From Flavobacteriaceae bacterium (GTDB lineage: Bacteria; Bacteroidota; Bacteroidia; Flavobacteriales; Flavobacteriaceae), in contig CANFZC010000003.1 of assembly GCA_947451475.1 (NCBI GenBank), positions 11,169 to 75,168 of the forward strand: a DNA stretch of 64,000 nucleotides, read 5' to 3'. The number at the start of each line of letters is the position of its first letter. Position 1 is the first letter of the stretch. The notes beneath the pieces are model-generated. The model did no database searches. It saw only the letters and a program-made list of their open reading frames with translations, and was not told where the DNA came from. This document shows, one piece after another, positions 1 through 9,818 of the stretch. Position numbers and translations under genes: made by a program.

Positions 1-1
1 T

Positions 2-346
2 CCTGAAGGATGTAGTGGTAATTTTACCTATAAAACGAATATCCCAATTAAAGAAGCGCCACTTGAAGCTGCTTCGGCTGATGATACGGTTAATCTAGTG
101 AAAACGATAAATGGTTTTACTATTGTTCCAAATCCATCCAGCAGCAGCGTAGAGATATCCATGAAGGATGAACTCTTTAATAAAGTGAGTATAACAACAA
201 TTGATGGTAAAACGGTATTTGAAAAAGCAATCGATACTACTAATACTGCCAAAGTAGACGTCAGCAATTATGCAAACGGTATCTACATCATCAATGTGAC
301 CTCAGAGGATGGCCAACTCTTAACCGAGAAATTGATAAAGAATTAA
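2..346 (+). CDS. 3' end of a T9SS type A sorting-domain protein (begins before the window)
   Basis: Frame is open from position 2; ends FTIVPNPSSSSVEISM...VDVSNYANGIYIINVTSEDGQLLTEKLIKN, a typical T9SS CTD pattern. Confidence 0.85.
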   Translation, partial: PEGCSGNFTYKTNIPIKEAPLEAASADDTVNLVKTINGFTIVPNPSSSSVEISMKDELFNKVSITTIDGKTVFEKAIDTTNTAKVDVSNYANGIYIINVTSEDGQLLTEKLIKN

Positions 347-375
347 TTTTGTTTTAATAATTGTTTAATTACATG

Positions 376-403
376 AGCCTCTCCTAACCGAGAGGCTTTT
401 TTT
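376..403 (+). terminator. Rho-independent terminator
   Basis: Stem AGCCTCTC/GAGAGGCT followed by a T tract, 30 bp after the stop codon. Confidence 0.85.
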
Positions 404-430
404 ATGCCTTTTTAATTAGGTTGATTTCAG

Positions 431-438
431 TATATTTG
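431..438 (+). promoter_or_regulatory. Bacteroidota sigma70 -7 box
   Basis: TATATTTG matches TAnnTTTG; implies the real start is ATG 463, not TTG 421. Confidence 0.6.
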
Positions 439-462
439 TTGAAAATTCAGCAAAGATTTGTA

Positions 463-2085
463 ATGGTAGAAAGTATAGTGTTCAGTACAAAACAGCAACC
501 GTCTGTTCCCCTTTCAACAGCGCTACTTCATCATAAAATAAAGTTGGATACCCATCAATTCGCAGCTGCTGGCTTGAATTCTTTTGACCTAATCATTAGC
601 TTCAACTATCCCATAGTGGCTTTCAGAAATCACGATTATACATGGGTGCATTGCAATAGAGATCGCATTGCGGGACCTTTCACTCCAAAAATCATCAAAC
701 TTTCCAATGGTACTTTTGTACAGCCCAATGTAAATTTAGGGTTTTGGGAAGTGCAAAAGAAAAATCCTAAGGTACTTCTTTGGCGCTTCAATCCTCCTCA
801 TGCTAGTCCGCTTACGGTGTATTCTGGTAAACATAACGAAAGAGTAGTAGCAGAGGCCAATCCAATAGTGACTTTTTCAACTCCATTGGAACTGTTGTTT
901 ACTACAAAAACAAGCATCGAGTTCAGTAGGTCGCCCAAACCCTTTGCAGCCATAGCCTGTTTTACCGATCATTGTGATTTTGATACACTCGATAATCTAA
1001 AACAGCAAAGAGCTTTTTTTAAAACCAATAAGATAAAAGTAACCAAAGGCTTTTTTCTCAATCATTTTTCGAAAAGAGAAAACAATGCTTCCTTCGAATT
1101 AAACCAACAAGAATTAGAGCAGTGGTCACAAGACGGACACGAATTAGCCTATCATTCGCTTTCGCAGTCGTTAAAAAACAAACCCGATAGCTTTCAAGAT
1201 TTTTATAAGTTCACACCGCCTTCTCCAATGGTTCCTACATGGATTGATCACGGATTCCAACCCTACAATCTCTCTCTTTACCAAACACAAGGAATGGAGG
1301 ATGCCGTTTTTGCTACTACCTTGAACGAAAAAGGAATAACTACATTATGGAATTATATCGATTCCGGGACTTCCGCAGAAGGTGTTATAAACCAATTAAA
1401 CTCAGATGATTTTACCCTAGGCCGTTTCTATAACGGAATCAAAAACCTAGGTTTCAAAGCCAAGATGGGCATCCTTATTAAGAATTCCATAGTTCATTTC
1501 TATGCCGATGAACGATTAATTACTAAATATAAATCCTTGGCTACCCAATTCAAACAACTAATCTACGATAAGAAAATAGGAGTTTTGCCCCGATTTCTTG
1601 CAGATTTTGCAGGCATCAGTGCGCCTCTGCTAAAGATTCTTGTTCTTTGGAACCAACTCAAATCGAAGCCCTACAAACTGGCAAAATATACACCGCTCGT
1701 ATTCAAACATACGCTAAAAGGTATTGATTTTTATATTTTTCAAACCATTGAAATGATAGATTTCAAAAAGTCATTACACCCAAAGACTATTGATAAATTA
1801 ATTGAAGAAAAGGGAGTATTCATAGCGCATACCTATTTCTCAGTACCGCTTTCCTATCACACCGGTAGAATGTTTGATACAGTAGCAAGTATAGATATAA
1901 CAGTAAAGGATAATTTTAATTACCTAAGTGCTAAAGTGGACTTAGGCGAAATATGGAATCCAACCTTAAACGAATTAGTCCTTTTTTTAGCTAATTTTGA
2001 AAAAACGGTTTTAGATGTTGATGCCAATGGCAACACTGTTGTGGTTAATGCAGCTTCTATACCTTTTAGAATTCTAAACGAATGA
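463..2085 (+). CDS. Polysaccharide deacetylase-like (NodB/GH57-type fold) protein
   Basis: Motifs CFTDHCDFD, GHELAYHSLS, WIDHG and IAHTYF resemble the metal-binding motifs of NodB-like folds; overlaps the next gene by 4 bp. Confidence 0.5.
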   Translation: MVESIVFSTKQQPSVPLSTALLHHKIKLDTHQFAAAGLNSFDLIISFNYPIVAFRNHDYTWVHCNRDRIAGPFTPKIIKLSNGTFVQPNVNLGFWEVQKKNPKVLLWRFNPPHASPLTVYSGKHNERVVAEANPIVTFSTPLELLFTTKTSIEFSRSPKPFAAIACFTDHCDFDTLDNLKQQRAFFKTNKIKVTKGFFLNHFSKRENNASFELNQQELEQWSQDGHELAYHSLSQSLKNKPDSFQDFYKFTPPSPMVPTWIDHGFQPYNLSLYQTQGMEDAVFATTLNEKGITTLWNYIDSGTSAEGVINQLNSDDFTLGRFYNGIKNLGFKAKMGILIKNSIVHFYADERLITKYKSLATQFKQLIYDKKIGVLPRFLADFAGISAPLLKILVLWNQLKSKPYKLAKYTPLVFKHTLKGIDFYIFQTIEMIDFKKSLHPKTIDKLIEEKGVFIAHTYFSVPLSYHTGRMFDTVASIDITVKDNFNYLSAKVDLGEIWNPTLNELVLFLANFEKTVLDVDANGNTVVVNAASIPFRILNE

Positions 2086-3149
2086 AATTAGTAATCACCA
2101 AAGACCAAGCTTGGTTAGACAAATGGGATGCTTTCGTAAGCAACGAAAATACGGCAGGTCACTTGTTGTTGTCCGATTGGAATAAGTCTTTTAAGTCCTA
2201 CGGATTTGATTATGAAGCTTGTCTTTGTATCGATGAAGAAGACGTTGTTAGGGGCGGTTATGTGGCAGTTATAGCCAAAGCCACGGTGTTTAAATTTTAT
2301 ATAGTACCCTTAGGACCCATTATAAGTCCCGGATTTGAAACCCAATTAAATGATCTAATTGTAAAGGTGCAAGAACGTGCTAAAGTGCTAAAGTGCTGTT
2401 ATGGTCACATTTCTTTGCCTTATTCTACAAAAGAAAGTCCGCATACTTATACCGACTTAAATCAACTGCAGTCTCTAAAATCCGCACAAAACGGACACGT
2501 TTTTAAATATGTGTATTCGACCTACGGCATCAATTGGATTGACTTAAAAGGATACGATGAAGAGTCCAAAATAGCAACGCTTAAACCATCCGTAAGGCGC
2601 AACATCAGAAACTCTTATCGCAAAGATTTGGTATTTAAAATAGTAGCTACAGAAACTGAAATCGAAAGCGGTTATGCATTGTTTTCCGAAAATGCTATGG
2701 CCGCCAACTACAGCATCAGAGACTGGAGCGCTATGAAAGACACCTTACTGAACCTAAATAAAAAAGGCTATTTAAAAATGTTGGCTGCCTATAAAGGGGA
2801 CGAGCTAAAAGGCGCTATATTGCTCCTCAAAGGGGGCAATTATTATACCTATATTTTGGGTGGTTCCAAAAAAGAAGTACCTGATTTGCGTACCGGCGAT
2901 TTCCTGCAATGGGAAGCGATTAAATTATCGTTGCAAGAAGGATTAGACGGTTACAACATTTCATTAGGCGGCTCAAAAGGAGTAGTGGAATTCAAAAATA
3001 GTTTCAATACAGAACCGTTTTATTTTGAAGAGGGTCAATGGTATTGGATCATAAAGCCTAGTTTTTTTAAGGCCTATCTAGCCATTGAAAAACACCTAAA
3101 GAAACATAAGAAGACTATTGCTCAACTACTTGCTAAAGTGAAAAGATAA
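2082..3149 (+). CDS. FemAB/FemX-like (double GNAT fold) aminoacyl/peptidyl transferase
   Basis: N-terminal W..FV...GHLLLSDW, VRRNIRNSYRK, YILGGS and FLQWEAIK...YNISLGG..GVVEFKNSF match the FemABX pattern. Confidence 0.75.
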   Translation: MKLVITKDQAWLDKWDAFVSNENTAGHLLLSDWNKSFKSYGFDYEACLCIDEEDVVRGGYVAVIAKATVFKFYIVPLGPIISPGFETQLNDLIVKVQERAKVLKCCYGHISLPYSTKESPHTYTDLNQLQSLKSAQNGHVFKYVYSTYGINWIDLKGYDEESKIATLKPSVRRNIRNSYRKDLVFKIVATETEIESGYALFSENAMAANYSIRDWSAMKDTLLNLNKKGYLKMLAAYKGDELKGAILLLKGGNYYTYILGGSKKEVPDLRTGDFLQWEAIKLSLQEGLDGYNISLGGSKGVVEFKNSFNTEPFYFEEGQWYWIIKPSFFKAYLAIEKHLKKHKKTIAQLLAKVKR

Positions 3150-3622
3150 TGCTAAAAAAACTACTAAGACTCTGGAAGATAATCCCCATAGACGTCATCG
3201 TGTACAGCATGACCAAAGATACTATTGCCGATTTCAAAAATCTAGACTACCCTATTCAAGTAGCCCAAATAAGCCCAAATAAAAAACAGTTTTTCATTAC
3301 TGATGAAGGGCTCCTAGTACATCAAAGTTTTTTATTTAAAAAGTTATTTCTACTTAAGATTATTAATGAAGTAGGACCAACCATAGGGGATTGCAACACC
3401 CTCGAGGCCTATAAAGGAAAGTCTATTTACCCCTATGTGATTAACTACATCGCCAAAGAGGAACTGCTCCATAATAATCAAAAGGAAGTGTTTATTATAG
3501 TCAACTCCAATAATGAGAGCTCCATTCGAGGTATCGAAAAAGCAGGGTTTAAAACACATACCAAAATAAAAGCAAAACGATTCCTAGTTTTTCATTTTGG
3601 GGTCCACCGCAATTCAAACTAA
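3149..3622 (+). CDS. GNAT-like acetyltransferase
   Basis: CNTLEAYKGKSIY (acetyl-CoA loop variant) and NSNNESSIRGIEKAGF (GNAT motif B); translationally coupled. Confidence 0.65.
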   Translation: MLKKLLRLWKIIPIDVIVYSMTKDTIADFKNLDYPIQVAQISPNKKQFFITDEGLLVHQSFLFKKLFLLKIINEVGPTIGDCNTLEAYKGKSIYPYVINYIAKEELLHNNQKEVFIIVNSNNESSIRGIEKAGFKTHTKIKAKRFLVFHFGVHRNSN

Positions 3623-3651
3623 TTTTCTCAGTAATCAAAATACTTATAAAC

Positions 3652-3680
3652 AAAGCTTCTCTTAGTTGGGAAGCTTTTTT
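3652..3680 (+). terminator. Rho-independent terminator
   Basis: Stem AAAGCTTCTC/GGGAAGCTTT followed by T tract. Confidence 0.7.
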
Positions 3681-3687
3681 ATATTTG
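3680..3687 (+). promoter_or_regulatory. -7 promoter box
   Basis: TATATTTG 22 bp before ATG 3710. Confidence 0.6.
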
Positions 3688-3709
3688 TCCAAAAGCCTAA
3701 AGCTAGTTT

Positions 3710-4624
3710 ATGTTACCATTAAATGTAAAAAACGAAACGTCAAGACTAAGAGCTGTTGTGCTCGGTTCAGCAGTACATAACGGACCAACACCAACCGCAG
3801 AAGAAGCTTACGATCCAAAATCGCTAGAACATATCCTTGCAGGGACCTATCCTGTAGAAGCCGATATGGTAAACGAAATGGAAGCTTTCAACCAAGTATT
3901 TCAAAAATATGAGGTCAAAGTCTACCGTCCGGAGCTGATAGAAAACTACAACCAAATCTTTTCACGTGACATTGGTTTTGTAATTGATGATGTCTTTATA
4001 AAAGCCAACATCCTTCCCGATAGAGAAAGAGAACTCGACGCCATTCAATATGTAATCGACCAAATCAATCCTGCAAAAGTAGTACGACCACCCGAAGAAG
4101 TTCATATAGAAGGGGGTGACGTAATGCTCTGGAATGATTATATATTTATAGGAACCTATAAAGGCACCGATTATAAAGACTATATTACGGCGCGAACTAA
4201 CATGGAAGGGGTAAACTATATCAAACAATTGTTCCCAAATAAAATTGTAAAAGAGTTTGATCTCGTGAAGTCAAAATTAGAAGCCCGAGACAACGCTTTA
4301 CACCTAGATTGTTGCTTTCAACCCGTAAGTAAGAATAAAGGAATCATCTATAAAAGTGGTTTCCGTCAAGAATCTGATTATGTGTATTTAGTCAAACTGT
4401 TTGGTAAGGAGAATCTTTTCCATATCACGCGAGACGAAATGTATAACATGAATTCTAACGTATTTTCCATTGATGAAAATGTGGTGGTATCAGAAAGAAA
4501 CTTTACCCGCTTAAACAATTGGCTTCGCGATAACGGATTTGTCGTTGAAGAAATACCCTATGCAGAAATTGCCAAACAAGAAGGATTGTTGCGATGTTCA
4601 ACACTTCCATTAATTAGAGACTAA
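3710..4624 (+). CDS. Arginine deiminase / dimethylargininase family (amidinotransferase fold)
   Basis: QIFSRD, IEGGDV, LHLDC and C-terminal GLLRCSTLP catalytic motifs. Confidence 0.9.
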   Translation: MLPLNVKNETSRLRAVVLGSAVHNGPTPTAEEAYDPKSLEHILAGTYPVEADMVNEMEAFNQVFQKYEVKVYRPELIENYNQIFSRDIGFVIDDVFIKANILPDRERELDAIQYVIDQINPAKVVRPPEEVHIEGGDVMLWNDYIFIGTYKGTDYKDYITARTNMEGVNYIKQLFPNKIVKEFDLVKSKLEARDNALHLDCCFQPVSKNKGIIYKSGFRQESDYVYLVKLFGKENLFHITRDEMYNMNSNVFSIDENVVVSERNFTRLNNWLRDNGFVVEEIPYAEIAKQEGLLRCSTLPLIRD

Positions 4625-4625
4625 A

Positions 4626-5561
4626 ATGAAACAAACAACCAATTCCATCTTGATGATTCGCCCAGTGGCTTTTCGCATGAACGAACAAACTGCCGTAAAT
4701 AATTATTACCAAAAGGTTCTTGAAGGTCTATCACTCGAAACTGTAAATGCAAAAGCGCAAGCAGAATTTGATGCTTTTGTGGCCAAATTGCGTAAAGTAG
4801 GGGTAAACGTTACCGTAGTAGAAGATACACTAGAACCCAACACACCCGATAGTATTTTTCCAAACAATTGGATTTCATTTCATGAAAGTGGCGATGTAGT
4901 GTTATATCCCATGTTTGCAGAAAACCGTCGCGCCGAGAGAAGAGAAGATATACTCGATGTTTTGGAAGATGATGGTTTTGTCATCAATGAAATTATGGAC
5001 TATACTTTGGCCGAAGAAGATAATGTTTTCTTAGAAGGTACAGGAAGTTTATTGTTAGACAGAGAAAATGGTAAAGCCTATTGTGCCTTATCGCCAAGAG
5101 CCGATGAAGAATTAATGATCGAGTTTTGTGAGGATTTCGAATTTACACCTGTACTATTTGAAGCATTCCAAACCGTAAACGGCGAACGTAAATTAATTTA
5201 TCATACCAATGTAATGATGTGCTTGGGAGATACTTTCGCAGTGATTTGTGCCGATTGTATTGACGATAAAAAAGAACGCAAAATGGTATTAGACAGCCTT
5301 CGTGGAGATGATAAAGAAATTATATTAATTACAGAAGAGCAAGTAAATAACTTTGCCGGAAACATGCTCGAAGTAAAAGGTAAAAATGAAGAACGATTTC
5401 TAGTAATGAGTGAGTCAGCCTATAAGAGCTTGACCAAAAAGCAAATTACCCAACTCGAAGCACATGTTGAAATAATACATTCTAGTTTAGACACCATTGA
5501 AGCTTGTGGAGGCGGAAGCGCCCGCTGCATGATGGCAGAAATTTTCTTACCTAAAGAATAA
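4626..5561 (+). CDS. ctlX: Citrulline utilization hydrolase CtlX-like (amidinotransferase fold)
   Basis: TPDSIFPNNW, LEGTGS, YHTNVMM and GGGSARCMMAE motifs; paired with the ADI-like gene. Confidence 0.8.
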   Translation: MKQTTNSILMIRPVAFRMNEQTAVNNYYQKVLEGLSLETVNAKAQAEFDAFVAKLRKVGVNVTVVEDTLEPNTPDSIFPNNWISFHESGDVVLYPMFAENRRAERREDILDVLEDDGFVINEIMDYTLAEEDNVFLEGTGSLLLDRENGKAYCALSPRADEELMIEFCEDFEFTPVLFEAFQTVNGERKLIYHTNVMMCLGDTFAVICADCIDDKKERKMVLDSLRGDDKEIILITEEQVNNFAGNMLEVKGKNEERFLVMSESAYKSLTKKQITQLEAHVEIIHSSLDTIEACGGGSARCMMAEIFLPKE

Positions 5562-5582
5562 GTAATTTATAATCCTACTGCA

Positions 5583-5624
5583 CAACAAAAAACTCCAAAC
5601 CGCAAGGTTTGGAGTTTTTTGTTG
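5583..5624. terminator. Bidirectional terminator between convergent genes
   Basis: Perfect 19-bp stem CAACAAAAAACTCCAAACC / GGTTTGGAGTTTTTTGTTG with a GCAA tetraloop. Confidence 0.92.
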
Positions 5625-5640
5625 GAAGATTAAAATGTAA

Positions 5641-6264
5641 TTAGATCCCGCGAATAATAGCCAAAACAGAACTAATAATATACTGAATTCCAATTGAGAT
5701 TGTAAGGAATCCAATGATTCTAGAAACCGCTACTATTCCTGAAGCTCCAAGAAATTTAGCGATATAGTCTGCACTTCGTAAAATGATAAAAATAACGAAA
5801 CTAACAACCAGTATAGCTAAAGAAGAGATCAAAATGTCGTTTGTAGAATTGTGTTCTTGATAAAAAGCAATCAATAAAGAAATAGATCCCGGACCCGCAA
5901 GCATGGGCATAGCCAGCGGAGTTAAAGCAATTTCATTCCGACTTTGTATGTCTTCTTCTACTTTTTTGTTTATCCCCCTGTTTTTATTAAACTTCCCATT
6001 AAGTAAGGAAAACCCAGAACTAGCAATTATAATTCCACCCGCAATACGCAAAGCCGTTATAGTAATCCCAAAAAATGTCAATACATACTGTCCTATAAAA
6101 AACGAAATAATCAAGATGATAAATACATTTATGGCCGTCAGCATGGATACTTTTGAACGCTCTTTTTTAGTGTAATCCTGCGTTAATCCTACAAAAATAG
6201 GAACTGTCCCAATGGGGTTTAGGACTGAAAATAGGGCTGCAAAAAGAAAAATAAATAACTCCAT
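5641..6264 (-). CDS. MarC family inner membrane protein
   Basis: LNPIG, LRIAGG, PLAMPMLAGPG motifs; six hydrophobic segments. Confidence 0.92.
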   Translation of the reverse strand: MELFIFLFAALFSVLNPIGTVPIFVGLTQDYTKKERSKVSMLTAINVFIILIISFFIGQYVLTFFGITITALRIAGGIIIASSGFSLLNGKFNKNRGINKKVEEDIQSRNEIALTPLAMPMLAGPGSISLLIAFYQEHNSTNDILISSLAILVVSFVIFIILRSADYIAKFLGASGIVAVSRIIGFLTISIGIQYIISSVLAIIRGI

Positions 6265-6275
6265 AGTTTTTTCGG

Positions 6276-6283
6276 CAAAGATA
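6276..6283 (-). promoter_or_regulatory. -7 promoter box for the MarC gene
   Basis: Reverse complement is TATCTTTG, 11 bp before the start. Confidence 0.6.
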
Positions 6284-6350
6284 AATTCTCCATTTCTTTT
6301 TAACTATTAAATAGAAGTTAAATAAATCTTCTGAATTATAAAGTTACCAT

Positions 6351-6358
6351 TATCTTTG
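6351..6358 (+). promoter_or_regulatory. -7 promoter box for the CoA-binding gene
   Basis: TATCTTTG upstream of ATG 6369/6378. Confidence 0.6.
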
Positions 6359-6368
6359 ACCCATAGAA

Positions 6369-6743
6369 ATGAAATTCATGAAAAATAAAAAGACCTTAGT
6401 TCTTGGAGCTTCCACAAAACCGGAACGATATGCTTTTAAAGCAATCACAATGTTAGTAGAAAAAGGACATACAGTATTAGCAATCGGTCAGAATGCAGGA
6501 GAAGTGGCAGGCGTGAAAATATATACTAAAAATATTCCGCTCAAGAATATTGACACTGTGACTTTATACCTCAATCCAGTTCGCCAACGCGATTATTATA
6601 ATTACATCATCGAAACTAAACCTAAACGAGTAGTGTTTAATCCAGGCACCGAAAACCCTGAGTTTTATCAATTATTACAAGGTAACGGAATTAAAGTTGA
6701 GGTAGCTTGTACCTTAGTTTTATTAACAACCAATCAATATTAA
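6369..6743 (+). CDS. CoA-binding protein (YccU-like)
   Basis: LVLGASTKPERYAF, VVFNPGTENPE, ACTLVLL; start may be 6378. Confidence 0.9.
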   Translation: MKFMKNKKTLVLGASTKPERYAFKAITMLVEKGHTVLAIGQNAGEVAGVKIYTKNIPLKNIDTVTLYLNPVRQRDYYNYIIETKPKRVVFNPGTENPEFYQLLQGNGIKVEVACTLVLLTTNQY

Positions 6744-8236
6744 TAACGTGTATTTTCAGAGGCAGGCTTGCTAATTATTAATAATCCTAGAAAGGTTATT
6801 AATCCGTTTACAATAATTAATTCTTCGGCAAATTCATAGTTGCCAAAAAGCTCTTTTGAATAATAACTCAGCAAGAAAGTCAGTATTGGTGATAGGATAC
6901 AAACTATAGGGACCAGATATTCATTTACCGTTTTTGTTTTTGCAAATAAACCAAAAGCATACAGGCCTAAAAGCGGACCATAAGTCAATGCGGCTATTTT
7001 AAAAATAAGACTGACAACTGAAGCATCATTGAAGAAGTTTATTAAAAGAATGACAATAAACATTAGGAACGAAAATCCGATATGAACCAAGTGACGCGTT
7101 CTAACGATATTGGGTTTGTTTTGATTTTTACTTTTATCCATACCTAGAAAATCCACACAAAATGAGGTTGTCAGGGCAGTCAAAGCCGAATCTGTCGTTG
7201 CAAATGTTGCCGCAGTCAATCCCAATAAAAAGATTATTGCTGGAAATAGAGTCAGGTGATGGAAAGCAATCTCGGGAAACAATAAATCTGTTCTTGCTAC
7301 GCCATCTACCATTGGTACTGTAATTCCATTTTTTTCTGCATAGATGTAGAGCAAAGCACCAACACTTAAAAAGAAAATATTTATAATCACAAAAATTCCT
7401 GTAAACGTGTACATGTTTTTCTGTGCTTCTCCAATGTTCTTACAACTAAGGTTTTTTTGCATTAAATCCTGATCAAGTCCAACCATCGCAATGGTAACGA
7501 ACATTCCGCCCAAAATTTGTTTTGCAAAATGTGTGCTTTTAAGCCAATCATCAAAAAAGAAAACTTTGGAATAATTACTGTTTTTAACTGCTTCAAATGC
7601 CTCCCCAAACGAATAATCCAAACTGTCGCAAATAAAATAAATGGTGAGGAATACTGATGAAACTAAGAAGAATGTCTGCAAAGTATCAGTAATGATAATT
7701 GTTTTTAACCCACCCCGATAGGTATAGGCAAAAATCAAACCAAGGGAAATAAATACTGTTACATAGAAGGGAACCCCAAATGCATTAAATAGATAACGTT
7801 GTAACACTAAAACGACCAAATATAATCTCGCGGCAGAACCAATTGTTCGGCTAATCAGGAATATAAACGCCGCTGTTTTGTATGATACGTTTCCAAGTCG
7901 CTGTTCTATATACCCATAAATCGATGTCAAGTTCATGCGGTAGTATAACGGCAATAAAACTTTTGCAATCAGCAAAAATCCTAGCGCATTACCCAAAACA
8001 AACTGGAAGTATTTAAATTGAATATCGGGAGAGCCTACCTGACCTGGAACCGAAATAAAAGTAACTCCAGACAATGCCGTTCCAATCATTCCAAAAGCTA
8101 CCAAATACCATTTGGAATTTTTATTAGCTTTGAAAAAAGTATCATTATCACTGTTCTTTTTGCTGACCAAGTTAGAGATCAAAATAAGTAAACCAAAATA
8201 TAAAATGATGATGATTAGGATAGTACTAGGTGACAT
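6740..8236 (-). CDS. Sodium:solute symporter family protein
   Basis: SGVTFISVPG, YGYIEQRLG, GGLKTIIITD, DQDLMQK motifs; about 13 TM segments. Confidence 0.92.
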   Translation of the reverse strand: MSPSTILIIIILYFGLLILISNLVSKKNSDNDTFFKANKNSKWYLVAFGMIGTALSGVTFISVPGQVGSPDIQFKYFQFVLGNALGFLLIAKVLLPLYYRMNLTSIYGYIEQRLGNVSYKTAAFIFLISRTIGSAARLYLVVLVLQRYLFNAFGVPFYVTVFISLGLIFAYTYRGGLKTIIITDTLQTFFLVSSVFLTIYFICDSLDYSFGEAFEAVKNSNYSKVFFFDDWLKSTHFAKQILGGMFVTIAMVGLDQDLMQKNLSCKNIGEAQKNMYTFTGIFVIINIFFLSVGALLYIYAEKNGITVPMVDGVARTDLLFPEIAFHHLTLFPAIIFLLGLTAATFATTDSALTALTTSFCVDFLGMDKSKNQNKPNIVRTRHLVHIGFSFLMFIVILLINFFNDASVVSLIFKIAALTYGPLLGLYAFGLFAKTKTVNEYLVPIVCILSPILTFLLSYYSKELFGNYEFAEELIIVNGLITFLGLLIISKPASENTRY

Positions 8237-8310
8237 AATGTATATTTATTAAAAAGCCAAAATACATAAATTATTCTCATAAATTAAAATTATCTAATTT
8301 TCAAATTGCC

Positions 8311-8318
8311 TATTTTTG
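8311..8318 (+). promoter_or_regulatory. -7 promoter box for recR (near-leaderless)
   Basis: TATTTTTG 4 bp before ATG 8323. Confidence 0.55.
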
Positions 8319-8322
8319 TATC

Positions 8323-8943
8323 ATGGAATTTTCATCAAAATTACTAGAAAGAGCGGTTAATGAAATGGCTCAATTACCCGGGATTGGCAAAAGAACGGCA
8401 CTGCGATTAGTGTTGTATTTGCTAAAGCAACCGCCAGAACAAACACTTTATTTGTCGAATGCTTTGACTACTATGCGCGAGGATATTAAGTTTTGTGTGT
8501 CATGTCACAATATTTCTGATGTTGATCTCTGTGAAATTTGTAATAATTCCGCTAGAAATCATAAAATTATATGCATTGTTGAGGATGTTCGTGACGTAAT
8601 GGCAATTGAAAATACCAATCAGTTTAAAGGGATTTACCACGTGTTAGGCGGTAAGATTTCTCCAATTGATGGTGTCGGCCCAAGTCAACTAAATATTGCA
8701 TCATTAATAAGTAAAGTAAAACAAGAAACAATTGACGAACTTATTTTTGCTCTAAGTTCAACGATGGAGGGGGATACCACTAATTTTTTCATATTCAAAC
8801 AAATAAAAGATCTAAATATAAGAACGTCAACAATAGCACGCGGGATTGCTGTGGGGGATGAATTAGAATATGCTGATGAAGTGACTTTAGGACGTAGTAT
8901 TTTGAATCGAGTGCCCTTCGAAAATTCCCTGAAAAGCAGCTAA
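8323..8943 (+). CDS. recR: Recombination mediator RecR
   Basis: [11 protein letters not shown] HhH, C4 zinc finger CVSC...[27 protein letters not shown]. Confidence 0.98.
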   Translation: MEFSSKLLERAVNEMAQLPGIGKRTALRLVLYLLKQPPEQTLYLSNALTTMREDIKFCVSCHNISDVDLCEICNNSARNHKIICIVEDVRDVMAIENTNQFKGIYHVLGGKISPIDGVGPSQLNIASLISKVKQETIDELIFALSSTMEGDTTNFFIFKQIKDLNIRTSTIARGIAVGDELEYADEVTLGRSILNRVPFENSLKSS

Positions 8944-8986
8944 AAAATAATACATCTTTACAGTTTTATATTTAGAATTGAAAAAC

Positions 8987-8994
8987 TATCTTTG
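8987..8994 (+). promoter_or_regulatory. -7 promoter box of the polysaccharide locus
   Basis: TATCTTTG overlaps the track's TTG 8992, so ATG 9019 is the likelier start. Confidence 0.6.
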
Positions 8995-9018
8995 TTTGCT
9001 AATTTTTTTTTAAGAATA

Positions 9019-9807
9019 ATGAATAATCCCAGATTGTATTTATTACTGTTGTTGAGTATTGTGATGACTTCTTGCGTGCCTACTAAAGATTTGATTTATC
9101 TTCAAAATAAAAACAATGCCTCAAATGCTGCTGTAGCGGCAACCACTGTAAAACCTTATCGTTTACAAACGAATGATATTTTGGCAATAACGATTAAAGC
9201 AATAGATCCTAAACTAGTTGAAATATTTACCAGCACCACTACTCAAGGTACTGGATTTCAGAATGAACAAGCCAGTTATTTTTCAGGGTATTCTGTAGAT
9301 GACCATGGGAATATAAGATTGCCAATTCTTGGCGATATCAACGTATTAGGTTTTACAATAGAAGAAGTTAGACAAAAAATAGAAAAGCAGCTTAACGATA
9401 AGTATTTCACAACAGAAGCAGGAATATTTGTTACTGTCAAATTATCAGGATTTAGATATACCATAAACGGTGAAGTTACTTTTACAGGAACAAAAGTTTT
9501 GTATCAAGATAGAGTAAACATCATGGAAGCTATCGCTAATGCAGGAGATATATCAGTTATCGGAGATAGAAAAGATGTAAAAGTAATAAGAAGATATTCT
9601 CAAGGAAGCGAAACATTCAGTATTGATTTAACTGATGCAAATGCCGCAAATTCACCTTGCTACTATTTACAGCCCAATGATTATATTTATGTAAAGCCTT
9701 TGAAACAAAAATCTTGGGGGACAGGAAAGACAGGGATAGAGTCTTTGACAACCATTGTGACTACATTGTCACTTGCAACAACTATCTACTTATTACTTAA
9801 AAACTAA
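9019..9807 (+). CDS. wza: Polysaccharide export outer-membrane lipoprotein Wza
   Basis: Lipobox VMTSC, YRLQTNDIL, VDDHGNIRLPILG, GEV, EAIANAGD, YYLQPNDYIYV. Confidence 0.93.
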   Translation: MNNPRLYLLLLLSIVMTSCVPTKDLIYLQNKNNASNAAVAATTVKPYRLQTNDILAITIKAIDPKLVEIFTSTTTQGTGFQNEQASYFSGYSVDDHGNIRLPILGDINVLGFTIEEVRQKIEKQLNDKYFTTEAGIFVTVKLSGFRYTINGEVTFTGTKVLYQDRVNIMEAIANAGDISVIGDRKDVKVIRRYSQGSETFSIDLTDANAANSPCYYLQPNDYIYVKPLKQKSWGTGKTGIESLTTIVTTLSLATTIYLLLKN

Positions 9808-9818
9808 CATTAATTTTC

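Noticed and set aside
9003-9011. T9 tract in the wza leader (and similar tracts near 33547-33590) as phase-variation sites
   Set aside because: Runs of this length are expected in AT-rich intergenic DNA and lie outside coding frames.
8944-9018. Invertible (Bacteroides-type) capsule promoter or UpxY/ops control
   Set aside because: No inverted repeats flank the -7 box; no recombinase or NusG-like gene in the window.
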